Numbered from the stretch's first letter, positions 1 to 9,197 are shown. The stretch is DNA of 57,526 nucleotides from a virus (IMGVR_UViG_3300017646_000068:1-57526), one strand, 5' to 3'. Notes: generated from the letters alone by a model not told the origin. Translations and numbers: made by a program.

Positions 1-148
1 GAACCGCCATTTGCGCAATGATGAGATTCAAGCTTTATTAGATGAATTACGGCATACGACCGACCCGTTTACATGCCCACATGGTCGTCCAATTATTATT
101 CACTACTCGTCATATGACATGGAGAAGATGTTTAAACGGGTGATGTGA
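1..148 (+). CDS. mutL: Host DNA mismatch repair protein MutL, 3' end (partial)
   Basis: Frame from base 2 reads [54 protein letters not shown] and the terminal FKR are MutL C-terminal endonuclease motifs. Confidence 0.95.
   Translation, partial: NRHLRNDEIQALLDELRHTTDPFTCPHGRPIIIHYSSYDMEKMFKRVM
105..146 (+). repeat. attL (42 bp)
   Basis: ACTCGTCATATGACATGGAGAAGATGTTTAAACGGGTGATGT matches 57404-57445 with one synonymous mismatch (GAG/GAA). It contains the palindrome GTCATATGAC. Confidence 0.95.
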
Positions 149-176
149 CGGGCTTTGTGGCGGGGTGAAATTGATT

Positions 177-195
177 TTGCCCACCATTTGCCCAC
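177..195 (+). promoter_or_regulatory. Putative integrase arm-type sites (left arm)
   Basis: TTGCCCACCATTTGCCCAC carries TGCCCAC twice, 11 bp apart. A near-identical copy lies at 57284-57302. Confidence 0.7.
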
Positions 196-206
196 CTTCA
201 TCCTAA

Positions 207-1322
207 TTAACTTAAATATGACTCAAGTTTTAATAGATTTTCACCTTCATATTTTTTGGTAATATGAACATATACATCAGCTGTCATATTTATCGTTCTA
301 TGACCGAGTCGCTCACTTACAAATTTAATATCTGCACCACTTTCTAATAACATAACGGCATGTGTATGACGCAAACCGTGTGGCGAAATGTGGTGCAGAT
401 TTATTTTTGTTTTCTTTAAAATAGAATCAATCACTTTATTTACTCCGTATTCACCCATTTCTTTACCATTAGGACCGATTACCAAAAATTCTGATGAATG
501 ATAATCGGGACCATACTTTACTTTATTTTTCTTTTGCCAAAGTTGATATTGCTTTAGTTCCACAATCATGGTGTCATCTATGCCGATAGTGCGAATACTT
601 GATTTAGTTTTTGGTTTTTTAATCCCACGATCACTTCGGGTTTTAGTAATTGAAACGGTTTTATTTTCAAAATCAATATCATCCCATTTTAAAGCTAACA
701 TTTCACCTTTCCTCATTCCTGTCCGCAATAAGATCGAAGCAATTATATAGTGATGGAAAGGGGAGTTTTTAGCAGCCTCCATAAAAATGTCCACTTCTTC
801 TCTAGACAAATAATTTATCTTTTCCTCATCGTTTTCTACCTTGATAGATATTCCTCTGTATTTATTATGAGAGAGCATTTCTAATTCAACAGCCTTGTTA
901 ATCGCTGTACAAAAGATAGAATGAATCGTTTGTACAGTTTTTTTAGCATAGCCTTTTTGGATGAGAGTATTAATAAACTTTTGATATTCAATTTTTGATA
1001 GTTGATTTATTTTATAGTTACCAAGGGTAGGGATGATATGTTTGTTTATATACCGTTTCCTAGTTATTAAAGTGCCAGCCTCGCATTGGGCACCATATAC
1101 TTCTAACCATTCGTTTAGCCAATCTTTCAGAATGGTTTCCTGATTTTGAATGATTGTATGTTGTTGGAGATAGAGTTTTTTCTCTACTTCAGCAGCTTCT
1201 ATTTGTGCTTCTTTTTTTGTTCTAAATCCACTCTTTGTTTTTTCTTTTGCTTTACCTGTTGCTGGATCTTGATATTTGATTCTATATTGCCAAGTAGTAC
1301 CTCTTTTTCTGAATGAAGCCAT
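207..1322 (-). CDS. int: Tyrosine recombinase/integrase with N-terminal arm-binding domain
   Basis: Catalytic motifs TGMRKGE, HGLRHTHA, LGH and DVYVH; adjacent to attL. Confidence 0.96.
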   Translation of the reverse strand: MASFRKRGTTWQYRIKYQDPATGKAKEKTKSGFRTKKEAQIEAAEVEKKLYLQQHTIIQNQETILKDWLNEWLEVYGAQCEAGTLITRKRYINKHIIPTLGNYKINQLSKIEYQKFINTLIQKGYAKKTVQTIHSIFCTAINKAVELEMLSHNKYRGISIKVENDEEKINYLSREEVDIFMEAAKNSPFHHYIIASILLRTGMRKGEMLALKWDDIDFENKTVSITKTRSDRGIKKPKTKSSIRTIGIDDTMIVELKQYQLWQKKNKVKYGPDYHSSEFLVIGPNGKEMGEYGVNKVIDSILKKTKINLHHISPHGLRHTHAVMLLESGADIKFVSERLGHRTINMTADVYVHITKKYEGENLLKLESYLS

Positions 1323-1351
1323 TTTTTATCACTCCTTTTAAATTTAAAATA

Positions 1352-1365
1352 AGAATATATGTTCT
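1352..1365. promoter_or_regulatory. LexA/DinR (SOS box)-like site upstream of integrase
   Basis: AGAATATATGTTCT, one mismatch to GAAC-N4-GTTC. Confidence 0.55.
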
Positions 1366-1688
1366 GTTTTTGTTTGAAAGAAAAACCCCAAAAAGGGGAT
1401 AAGTAGTATTCTTTTTTGATTCACTATCCAGTAATCAATGTAGGTTTATTAATATATACCTTATATGATTTGATGGTTTGGCGTCAATGGTACTCTTACC
1501 AGAACAACATAGCGAACATGATAGGGGAAAAATCAAAGAAGAAGCTATTATAATTTGTTCTTCCAATTTCCTTTAGTGGTTTACCTTTACTTCCTTTTTG
1601 AGTTTAAATAAATTCGACTTCTATCTAGGTATGTAAGTTAACTTGTGTAATCTTTGTCGTCATGTTTGAATCTTCGATGTAGTAAGTG

Positions 1689-1702
1689 AGAATATATGTT
1701 CT
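1689..1702. promoter_or_regulatory. Second identical SOS box-like site
   Basis: AGAATATATGTTCT repeated exactly, next to the hairpin CCTGAT-TTT-ATCAGG. Confidence 0.5.
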
Positions 1703-1743
1703 GTATAAGGGGAGAAAGGAAAGCCCTGATTTTATCAGGACTA

Positions 1744-2397
1744 CTAATTATTAAGGGATGAAGTAAAAATAGTATAATTTTCTTCTGTTATTAGCTTTTT
1801 TAGAATATCTTTATTTCTATAAAAAGAATTATCTATAGTTTCACTTCGACAAATTAATAATAATTTAATGGAATTAGATAAGATTGATTCAAATTTTTTG
1901 AGAGATGAGTTCACCTTTAGATTTTCCCCAAAGTCATTTCTCTCAATTATCATTTTTAAAAATACACTGATCTCAATGTTTGCCTTTATATTACTATGTA
2001 CAAATAAACAACATTCATCATATTGTTTTTCGAACTGTTCAAATATTACAGATGCACCAGTATATTTATCTAACAACTTTTTGCTATTTTTAAATAATTT
2101 CATTACTCCCATGGAATCCTCGTTTTCTAATGCAAGCAGAACTCTCATAAAGTTTTCAACATAAGATCTAAGAATAAAATGATAATATCTTTCTGACTTT
2201 TGAGAGAGAGAGTCAATTATAGCTAGTGCATCTTGGATTAAGGAGTTTAAATAGTGAGTATTAGAAAGGCTATTTCCATAATATTTAAAGAAAATTATAT
2301 TGTAAGCAACGTTCTTTAAAGTTTCTTCATCCAACATCTTTTCTTTTGATTTTAAGAATTCAATAAATTTAGATACATCCTTATCAATAAATTCCAT
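1744..2397 (-). CDS. Hypothetical helical protein, HEPN/DUF5677-like (putative effector)
   Basis: 217 aa. ILRSYVE and YDECCLFVH resemble the R..E and Y...S..VH motifs of HEPN-like families. Confidence 0.5.
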   Translation of the reverse strand: MEFIDKDVSKFIEFLKSKEKMLDEETLKNVAYNIIFFKYYGNSLSNTHYLNSLIQDALAIIDSLSQKSERYYHFILRSYVENFMRVLLALENEDSMGVMKLFKNSKKLLDKYTGASVIFEQFEKQYDECCLFVHSNIKANIEISVFLKMIIERNDFGENLKVNSSLKKFESILSNSIKLLLICRSETIDNSFYRNKDILKKLITEENYTIFTSSLNN

Positions 2398-2401
2398 ATT
2401 A

Positions 2402-2776
2402 TTAAAAACCTTTCAACCATGTATCAAGTTTGTCGTTCGAATTTTTCTTTTGTTTTTTCTTTTCAGGACTTAATGGGTTATTTTTAGAGTTTATTTCAAA
2501 ATAATTAAGTAAGTTAGAATTGATGGTTTTAATCTCTTTTTTATCCATAATATACAATTCCCTTCCTAGTTTAGCACATATCAAAGTTCTGCTTTTTATT
2601 ATATAGGGCAAATAGGATATATTGAATACTTCTTTAAGAAAAGGCACAATATCTTTATTGTTTGTAAATACCTCTTTTGAATAAATTAATAGGGTTACAG
2701 TTCCTATTGTGTAACCAATGTCTGATTGTTTTTTTGGGTCTTTTAAATCATTAAGTAAGCTGTTCAGTGTCTTCAC
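2402..2776 (-). CDS. Hypothetical protein overlapping the ParA-like gene
   Basis: 124 aa. Overlaps the ParA 3' end and stops 4 nt before the next start. Confidence 0.75.
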   Translation of the reverse strand: MKTLNSLLNDLKDPKKQSDIGYTIGTVTLLIYSKEVFTNNKDIVPFLKEVFNISYLPYIIKSRTLICAKLGRELYIMDKKEIKTINSNLLNYFEINSKNNPLSPEKKKQKKNSNDKLDTWLKGF

Positions 2777-3632
2777 TTATATCATCCTCAATTATCTCTA
2801 CTTCACTTAATCTAACAAGAAGTTCATCTGTAATTCTCTCAATCTCTTCCAGAGATTTTTGATATTTCGAAGAGATGTTTCCTTGGTAACCAAACATTAG
2901 ATCATTTACTATTGTGGTAGAGTTTTCAAATATACCTAGATTCGAAACATCGGAATCCGATTCAAATTTTATTCTTATTTCTGAAGCTTTTTTTGTTTCG
3001 GCCATTTTTCTCATAGTATAGATTATGCCTAATGGTTTTATTTGTATATCCTCATCATACACCAAGTTATCAATTACTGTCTTTAGCATTTTAACCCCCA
3101 ATATTGAATATCTATCAATCTTTGAAGGGACTAAATAATAATCTGATGCGAATAATGCAGCATCAGTGTAAAATGAAATGGTTGGAGGACAATCAATAAA
3201 AATATAATCATAAGCTTCTTTTAGTTTATGTTCTGATATGAACTTTCTTAACCTTTTAAATAAGGATTTATTAGATGTATCATCTTTAATTATATCAATT
3301 GTTCCACATATTAAATCAATATTTGGCTCATTGGTAAAGTTGAGGATAACTTCTTCCCTTTCTGGGGTTTTTGGTCTTTCAGAAATGGTTTTAGTATCTT
3401 CAAATATTTTTCGAACTGTAATTCTATGGCGATAGTCTTCCATGTAGTTTTCTTCGTTATCTGTAAGATCCATTATTGATTGAGTGGTATTGAACTGTGG
3501 ATCAAGGTCAATAAATAAAACTTTTTTATGCTTAAAATTTGCAAGATATTCCCCTATACCTAAACATAAAGTAGTTTTTCCCACGCCGCCTTTCATATTA
3601 ATGAATGATATTACTTTACCATCTTTACTCAT
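2751..3632 (-). CDS. ParA/Soj-family ATPase
   Basis: Deviant Walker A KGGVGKTT, plus IDLDPQFN and YIFIDCPP. Confidence 0.92.
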   Translation of the reverse strand: MSKDGKVISFINMKGGVGKTTLCLGIGEYLANFKHKKVLFIDLDPQFNTTQSIMDLTDNEENYMEDYRHRITVRKIFEDTKTISERPKTPEREEVILNFTNEPNIDLICGTIDIIKDDTSNKSLFKRLRKFISEHKLKEAYDYIFIDCPPTISFYTDAALFASDYYLVPSKIDRYSILGVKMLKTVIDNLVYDEDIQIKPLGIIYTMRKMAETKKASEIRIKFESDSDVSNLGIFENSTTIVNDLMFGYQGNISSKYQKSLEEIERITDELLVRLSEVEIIEDDISEDTEQLT

Positions 3633-3669
3633 TATAATAACTCCTCTTCGTTAATAAAAATTTCAATAC

Positions 3670-4020
3670 TTAATTCTTTTTATATTCTTTGCCCCATCGC
3701 TTCAAACTGGCTAATTCTCCTTTACGGTTAATTAGAGCATCCACGCAGTGGCTGTAAGCAAGTTCCATTCTATAGTGAGCAAATTGCTCAGTAACAACGA
3801 AATAGTCGGCAATTTCTGAAATCAAGACTGGTTGATCTACTGCAGTGTTTATAACAGACAGTAAGAACTTGCTCGGCATAAGCAAATAGTCAGCCATTCG
3901 CTTTGCTTAATTTTCAGTTTTAGTTAAGAAGAATGGGTTATTCATTAACTGAAATGTATAGTGTGAGTACACATGACAAAATTCTTCAGCTAGAAGCAGT
4001 TTTTTTAATTGCATCTAAGA
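3670..4020 (-). pseudogene. Degraded ImmA/IrrE-like metallopeptidase remnant
   Basis: Reads KLLLAEEFCHVYSH...KTEN*AKRMADYLLMP with an in-frame TAA near 3908. The 5' end is missing. Confidence 0.7.
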
Positions 4021-4032
4021 CAGTAACAATAT

Positions 4033-5250
4033 TTAAAAGAATTTCTCAACATTTTCGATTTTTGATACAAGGTTCGGAATATCCCTAAATGAAAGGTTGG
4101 TTAAACAACTTTTCAAAAAGTAGGTTGTTTCATTTGTGTTTTTGTTTAATCGTGAACTAAGTCGAGCGTTAATAAACCCTGCCTCTTCAACTATAGGATT
4201 TTCTTTTAAGAAATTAGCGATTTCGTTGGATTTTACTGCGTATAATTTAGTATCTTCTTTTTGGTTAATATATTGCCCGACTAAATATCCAATAATCGTA
4301 GTACCTTGCGTTAGAACAGATGAAATGAAAAAATCACTTAAAGGATTGCCTTTATCAACTGAGTATTCCTCCATCGGTACTTTTAATAGTTTTTTATAGG
4401 ATTCAGAGTTTGGTAGCACAATTTTAATATCTTCAAATTCTTCAAAAGTACCCAACGATTCGATTTCCTCCGTAGAGTAATAAATTTTTTTCTCTTCTTT
4501 TTGCACCTCTTCGATATTTGTAGTTGCTTCCTGGGTTACTTGATTTTGCGTGGTAACATCAAATTTTTCACTAATGATTTCAGCTAAGGATTCTTGAATA
4601 CCTTTTTGAACTAAAGGTCGAGCAATATTTATAAACTGTTGAGTTACTTTAAATTTAAATCGTTCTTTTATGACGAATTTAATAAAATCATCATTTGGAC
4701 TTTCAAAAATTTCTTTAATTACGGATTTGAAAGATTGATAGTACATGAGAGATTCAGCTAGTGTTTTTATACTTTCATAATCGTATAAGTTTTTAGAAAA
4801 CTTAACCAAATGGTTAAAATTTTCTTCGTTATAGTTGCTTATATTAAAAATAAAAAATGGTTGCGAATCCATAATATTGGGATTATTTAAATCAGTAAAA
4901 AAGTGATATTCTATTCCATTTGTTAGGATTCCTAATCGTACACTAGGGAAGGTACTAAAGTATCTACTTAATTGAGGTGCACTTTTATTAATTTTATTGT
5001 TTATTGATTTTGCTTCAAGGAAAATTTTTGGTTCTCCATTTATAGAAATAGCGTAATCAACTTTTTCATTCTTTTTGTGGAAATCTGCCGTGAATTCTGG
5101 TGTAACTTCTTGGGGGCTGTAAGTATCGTAGCCAAGTCCTTTTAGTAAAGGTAAAATCAAAAATTGCTTTGTGGATTCTTCATTCTTTATGAGATCTTTA
5201 TTGTCATTAACAACTTTATTCAACATTTCCAAAGTTTCTTTAAGATTCAT
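4033..5250 (-). CDS. Type I restriction HsdR N-terminal (PD-D/ExK) domain protein
   Basis: EESTKQFLILPLLKGLGYD...PEF...KVDYAI...FLEAK...ILTNG. No helicase motifs follow. Confidence 0.8.
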   Translation of the reverse strand: MNLKETLEMLNKVVNDNKDLIKNEESTKQFLILPLLKGLGYDTYSPQEVTPEFTADFHKKNEKVDYAISINGEPKIFLEAKSINNKINKSAPQLSRYFSTFPSVRLGILTNGIEYHFFTDLNNPNIMDSQPFFIFNISNYNEENFNHLVKFSKNLYDYESIKTLAESLMYYQSFKSVIKEIFESPNDDFIKFVIKERFKFKVTQQFINIARPLVQKGIQESLAEIISEKFDVTTQNQVTQEATTNIEEVQKEEKKIYYSTEEIESLGTFEEFEDIKIVLPNSESYKKLLKVPMEEYSVDKGNPLSDFFISSVLTQGTTIIGYLVGQYINQKEDTKLYAVKSNEIANFLKENPIVEEAGFINARLSSRLNKNTNETTYFLKSCLTNLSFRDIPNLVSKIENVEKFF

Positions 5251-5322
5251 CCCACACACTCTCCTCAAATAACGAATTATAATGCAGTTAATTAGAACTG
5301 AGTTAATAGACCTATATAAAGG

Positions 5323-5754
5323 TTAAATTTTTTTGAGATGCGATAATTCACGGGGAATACCATGCATCTCGCAAGCTTCGTACATTGATAGATTACTATC
5401 TCTATACTCATAAATTGCTTCATCTAGAAGGAGAAGCTCAACTGCGAATGTATTTGCTTCGACTTCTATTTTATCAATTGAAAAAAATGTGTTTTTTTTG
5501 AGGAAGGGGGTGTTGGATCTCGGATGTAATATAGCATGTCCTAACTCATGGGCGCATACAAAGCGCTGCATCTCAGCTGATAGGTTATTATTAATATTAA
5601 TAAATTTAATGCGACTATCATGAAAATAAAAACCTAAAGTATTACCGAGGTCAGCGTACTGTATTTCAATGTTTTTTAACTTAGCGATTTGGTAAGGGTC
5701 GTTTGTTTTATATTTTCTGATTAGTTCATCAACTTTTCCTTTAATTGATTTCAC
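5323..5754 (-). CDS. ImmA/IrrE-family Zn metallopeptidase (anti-repressor)
   Basis: AHELGH and EVEANTFA; directly downstream of the repressor. Confidence 0.92.
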   Translation of the reverse strand: MKSIKGKVDELIRKYKTNDPYQIAKLKNIEIQYADLGNTLGFYFHDSRIKFININNNLSAEMQRFVCAHELGHAILHPRSNTPFLKKNTFFSIDKIEVEANTFAVELLLLDEAIYEYRDSNLSMYEACEMHGIPRELSHLKKI

Positions 5755-5767
5755 TAGTTAACACCCC

Positions 5768-6199
5768 TTACTCGCTGTCATCTCTGTATTTTTTAGGTGT
5801 GAATTTCTTTTTCGCTAGTTGTTTAGCAAGACGAAGATTACTTTCTATTTGTGCCTTTACAAGCTCACGAGTAGTTTCATCTAAAGGTTCACCATCAAAA
5901 GCCAATCCAGACTCACTGTCTAAATCGTTTAGTATACTTTCTAATTTTTTGGCGATGTCTTTTTCATCCTTTTGAGTTAAATCAGGCATATTAGTTTGTG
6001 TATTTTTTTTATTGTTGCCAGAGATTAAGTAATCGGTTGAAACATTATAAAAGTCTGCTAATTTTTTTAGTATTTCAGAATCTGGTTCACTTCTCCCGGT
6101 TTCATAATGGGATAATCTAGCTCTTGAAATCCCAATTTTAATAGCAATTTCTTCTTGTGAACGTTTTCCGCGAAGTTTTTTTAATCTTTCTCCAATCAT
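5768..6199 (-). CDS. Xre-family prophage repressor (ImmR/CI-like)
   Basis: N-terminal [29 protein letters not shown]; divergent from the cro-like gene. Confidence 0.92.
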   Translation of the reverse strand: MIGERLKKLRGKRSQEEIAIKIGISRARLSHYETGRSEPDSEILKKLADFYNVSTDYLISGNNKKNTQTNMPDLTQKDEKDIAKKLESILNDLDSESGLAFDGEPLDETTRELVKAQIESNLRLAKQLAKKKFTPKKYRDDSE

Positions 6200-6239
6200 A
6201 GGAAATCCCTTTCTATTACCAGTTTATAGTTACATTATA

Positions 6240-6347
6240 GATACAAAATGTATCGAAATAAATAAATGATAAGAAATGTATCAAAAATAGTTGACGATAC
6301 AAAACGTATCAAATATAATTGGGTTAACAAGTGATACGAAATGTATC
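6240..6347. promoter_or_regulatory. Lysis/lysogeny switch: four operators and divergent SigA promoters
   Basis: GATAC-N5-GTATC at 6240, 6268 (one mismatch), 6296 and 6333. Rightward TTGACG(6291)-17-TATAAT(6314). Leftward TATAAT at 6234-6239. Confidence 0.9.
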
Positions 6348-6366
6348 AAGAAAGGAGTGACCAATC

Positions 6367-6603
6367 TTGAGACAAAAACTTGTTGAGGAAAGAAATAAAA
6401 AAGGTCTTACGCAAAAACAAGTTGCGACAGCGATTGGTATTTCGGAAGTTTTTGTAAGAAAGATTGAAAAAGGTCTTAGAAATCCCGGGAGAGAGACCAT
6501 GTTAAAGTTCGAACAGTTTTATGGGATTTCTGATAGAAAACTTTTTCCTGATCTTTTTCAGATAGTCAATGATACGAAATGTATCGAAATGAATGCAGTC
6601 TGA
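6367..6603 (+). CDS. Cro-like Xre regulator
   Basis: HTH LTQKQVATAIGISEVFVRKIEKG; RBS AAGGAG and TTG start. Confidence 0.88.
   Translation: MRQKLVEERNKKGLTQKQVATAIGISEVFVRKIEKGLRNPGRETMLKFEQFYGISDRKLFPDLFQIVNDTKCIEMNAV
6571..6585. promoter_or_regulatory. Fifth operator inside the cro 3' end
   Basis: GATACGAAATGTATC, identical to the operator at 6333. Confidence 0.8.
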
Positions 6604-6617
6604 AAGGGTGGTACATC

Positions 6618-6764
6618 ATGCTGGACATTCGAGAGCTGCTCTATACGTCAGAAATGAGAACTGACATCTTACAAATTGCAAATGATTTAAACAGCGACAG
6701 CAAATACACGAAAGAAGATGCTGTTCAAGATTTACTCAAGTTGCTTGAAAAACATAATTTGTAG
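6618..6764 (+). CDS. Small hypothetical protein
   Basis: ATG after AAGGGTGG; in the early operon. Confidence 0.55.
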   Translation: MLDIRELLYTSEMRTDILQIANDLNSDSKYTKEDAVQDLLKLLEKHNL

Positions 6765-6775
6765 GAGGTGATTAT

Positions 6776-7054
6776 GTGATTAAGTCTCCGAAGAAATCTA
6801 AATCTCGTAAAAAATCTAAAGTTAAAACAACCAGTGAAGAGTTGTGCAATATCAAAGGTGTAAAGCGTGAGCGACTGATTTTAGAGCGTAAGAAACGTAA
6901 GCTCACTCAAGGTCAGTTAGGAGAATTATTAGGCGTTAAAGCAGCATTAATCTCACATCTTGAAAATGGACGTGTGAAGCCAAGTTTAGAAATTACTTTA
7001 GGACTTCAAGAGATTTTTGAGTTACCATTTGAAATCTTATTTCCTGATTTATAA
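6776..7054 (+). CDS. Xre-family HTH protein
   Basis: LTQGQLGELLGVKAALISHLENGRVKPS; RBS AGGAGGTG. Confidence 0.85.
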   Translation: MIKSPKKSKSRKKSKVKTTSEELCNIKGVKRERLILERKKRKLTQGQLGELLGVKAALISHLENGRVKPSLEITLGLQEIFELPFEILFPDL

Positions 7055-7237
7055 AAATAAGACTTGACATCGGAGATTTAGTTTTTTCCAAACCCTTGAT
7101 AAGGTTTAAAACATTTTGAAACAGTTGTTAATTCACTTCTATATAAATTTCTAAGTTTTTAAAATGATATGAAACAGCTTTCGTTTGAAATTGGAAAAAA
7201 CACAAAAATTTATAATAGAAGCAAGGAGGTGGTTGTT

Positions 7238-7534
7238 TTGTTTCAAATTCAAGTTGACGAACAACAACTAAAGGACCTTTACATGAGTGAGGTTAAAAAA
7301 CGTTTAGATCAACTAGATAAAGAGTTAACGTTCTGGGATGTAAAGGAACTCAAACGTCAAACGAATATGAGTTGGAATACCATGCAAGATAAGTTTTTTC
7401 ATCATCCTGAATTCCCAAAATTTAAAGCCGGTCAAAAATGGTACTTTCCAGCCGCCGAATGTCGTGCTTTTTTAATCAAATGGGCAAGAACTAACCAGTA
7501 TAACTTTAAAAAGTCAGAGAAGGAGGCTATTTAA
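7238..7534 (+). CDS. Excisionase-like DNA-binding protein
   Basis: TTG start after AAGGAGGT. WDVKEL...FPKFKAGQKWYFP resembles winged-helix Xis-like phage proteins. Confidence 0.55.
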   Translation: MFQIQVDEQQLKDLYMSEVKKRLDQLDKELTFWDVKELKRQTNMSWNTMQDKFFHHPEFPKFKAGQKWYFPAAECRAFLIKWARTNQYNFKKSEKEAI

Positions 7535-8232
7535 TGAGCCAACTAGTTTTTATCGAAAACAACAAGATTGTCACTGATAGTTTGACAGTCGCTGAAGTGT
7601 TTGGAAAGCCTCATGATAAGGTGATTCGTGATATTGAAGTGCAAATTGAAAAGTTACAACAGGCTAATGAAATTGAATTTTCAGCCGCCAACTTTGGCGA
7701 GTCAACTTACACTAATGAACGCGGAAGAACTTATCGAAAAATCAATCTGTCAGAAGATGCTTTTACCATTGTCGCGATGTCCTATATCACGCCAGAAGCA
7801 ATGAAGATGAAAGTGAAATTCATCCAAGAGTTCAAAAGCATGCGTGAACATATTGAGCAAAACAAAGTCAAGCCGTTATCTAAAGATCAAGCACTTGTAA
7901 CAGTTCTTCGTACCACAGCCGACTTGGTAGAAGATACACAAGCTATTAAAGAAGAACAGCATGAAATTAGAAAACTGATTACTCAAGTTGATCAAAAGGT
8001 CGAACAGCAAATCACACTGGACCATGGTGAGCAACGTCGCTTACAAAAATGTATTGCTTCAAAAGTTTATGAAATTAGCGATAATCCTAAAACAAGGCCA
8101 AAGCTCTTTAAGGAAATCTATCGAGAAATTAAAGATAGATTCGGTGTTGCTAGCTATAAAGACGTGAAACGCCAAGAACTTCAATCAGCTATTAACTACA
8201 TAGAGAACTGGGTGCCACGGAAAGTTTCTTAA
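7534..8232 (+). CDS. Rha-family regulator/antirepressor with ORF6C-like C-terminus
   Basis: TDSLTVAEVFGKPHDKVIRDI, KVKFIQEF and IKDRFGVASYKDV. Confidence 0.88.
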   Translation: MSQLVFIENNKIVTDSLTVAEVFGKPHDKVIRDIEVQIEKLQQANEIEFSAANFGESTYTNERGRTYRKINLSEDAFTIVAMSYITPEAMKMKVKFIQEFKSMREHIEQNKVKPLSKDQALVTVLRTTADLVEDTQAIKEEQHEIRKLITQVDQKVEQQITLDHGEQRRLQKCIASKVYEISDNPKTRPKLFKEIYREIKDRFGVASYKDVKRQELQSAINYIENWVPRKVS

Positions 8233-8286
8233 TTGGAATCTATTACTATTGTATCTTTGAAAACTAAATAATCGGAGGCGAACAAA

Positions 8287-8934
8287 ATGTCGAACAATTC
8301 AAGCAGAACGATTTTATATTCCCCTTCACAGATAGGAACAGTACTAAGAGTAGCGAGGGAGCGTTCTTGTCAAGTCGAACGCCGTACTAAACGTTATCTT
8401 TCACACGCTTTAGGGATAACGGAAAGACGTCTAACGAATATCGAGGAAGGGCATTCCATTCCACCTTTTGAATTAGCGATAGATTGGTGCCGGATTGTTA
8501 AGGACTACACGGCACTGGACAAAATCAAACATATCTATCAAGTTGGATTACCGGCTACAGACCCTAGATTACTAGAATCTGTGCCGGATCAATTGAATAA
8601 TTTAGTTCAGCAAGCTGAGGGGGCTATTAATGCCGCAGAGAATTTAAAACGAATGAGTAAAGATATGCGACCTGGACGTTCAATTGATGAACAAACTCGC
8701 GCAGAGCTAATGAAAATGGCAGAGGAAATTCTAGATATAAAACAGGCGGCAGAAGCCACTCTTTCTTCATTGAGACAAAATTGGGATTTGGACTACGAAC
8801 AAGTTGTAAAGAATTGGACGCGAGAAGCCATTTCAGATTATGTCATTATTCCATCCGTATCATACTTTGAGGATTTGAGGAAAGAGCAGTATTTTGAAGA
8901 GCGAGCACGTTCATTTGGGAGGATACAACATTGA
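8287..8934 (+). CDS. HTH-containing early protein
   Basis: LSHALGITERRLTNIEEG is HTH-like; RBS GGAGG. Confidence 0.7.
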   Translation: MSNNSSRTILYSPSQIGTVLRVARERSCQVERRTKRYLSHALGITERRLTNIEEGHSIPPFELAIDWCRIVKDYTALDKIKHIYQVGLPATDPRLLESVPDQLNNLVQQAEGAINAAENLKRMSKDMRPGRSIDEQTRAELMKMAEEILDIKQAAEATLSSLRQNWDLDYEQVVKNWTREAISDYVIIPSVSYFEDLRKEQYFEERARSFGRIQH

Positions 8935-9197
8935 AACAAGATTTATTTTTACCTCAAGACTATCAGAAAGCCTTGATTAAATATCGCAACACACTTGAAT
9001 TACTAGATGAGATTGAAACAAATACAACAATTGGGGATTTTTCACAGGCAGTATCAAGCGCTTATAATCTGCTTCATTCGGTTCAGGAATTGGATAAATT
9101 GTCGGAAAGAAAAGTTGCTCATGACATTAATCAAGAAATCGTTAGTAAGGGGATAAAGCAAGATTTGAAAATTGAATTGGTGGTGAGGTCCATATGA
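8931..9197 (+). CDS. Hypothetical protein
   Basis: 88 aa, coupled to the upstream gene, RBS GGAGG. Confidence 0.7.
   Translation: MKQDLFLPQDYQKALIKYRNTLELLDEIETNTTIGDFSQAVSSAYNLLHSVQELDKLSERKVAHDINQEIVSKGIKQDLKIELVVRSI

Noticed and set aside
1400-1680. Possible gene between the two SOS-like boxes
   Set aside because: Only short interrupted frames. At most an unrecognisable remnant.
2751-3632. ParA as a plasmid-prophage partition system
   Set aside because: No ParB or parS array seen and the element is integrated. Not fully excluded, since gene 2 could be an atypical adaptor.
1744-6199. Arbitrium (AimR/AimP) or Rap-Phr signalling
   Set aside because: No ~380-aa TPR receptor followed by a short secreted peptide. 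The switch is of the ImmA/ImmR type.
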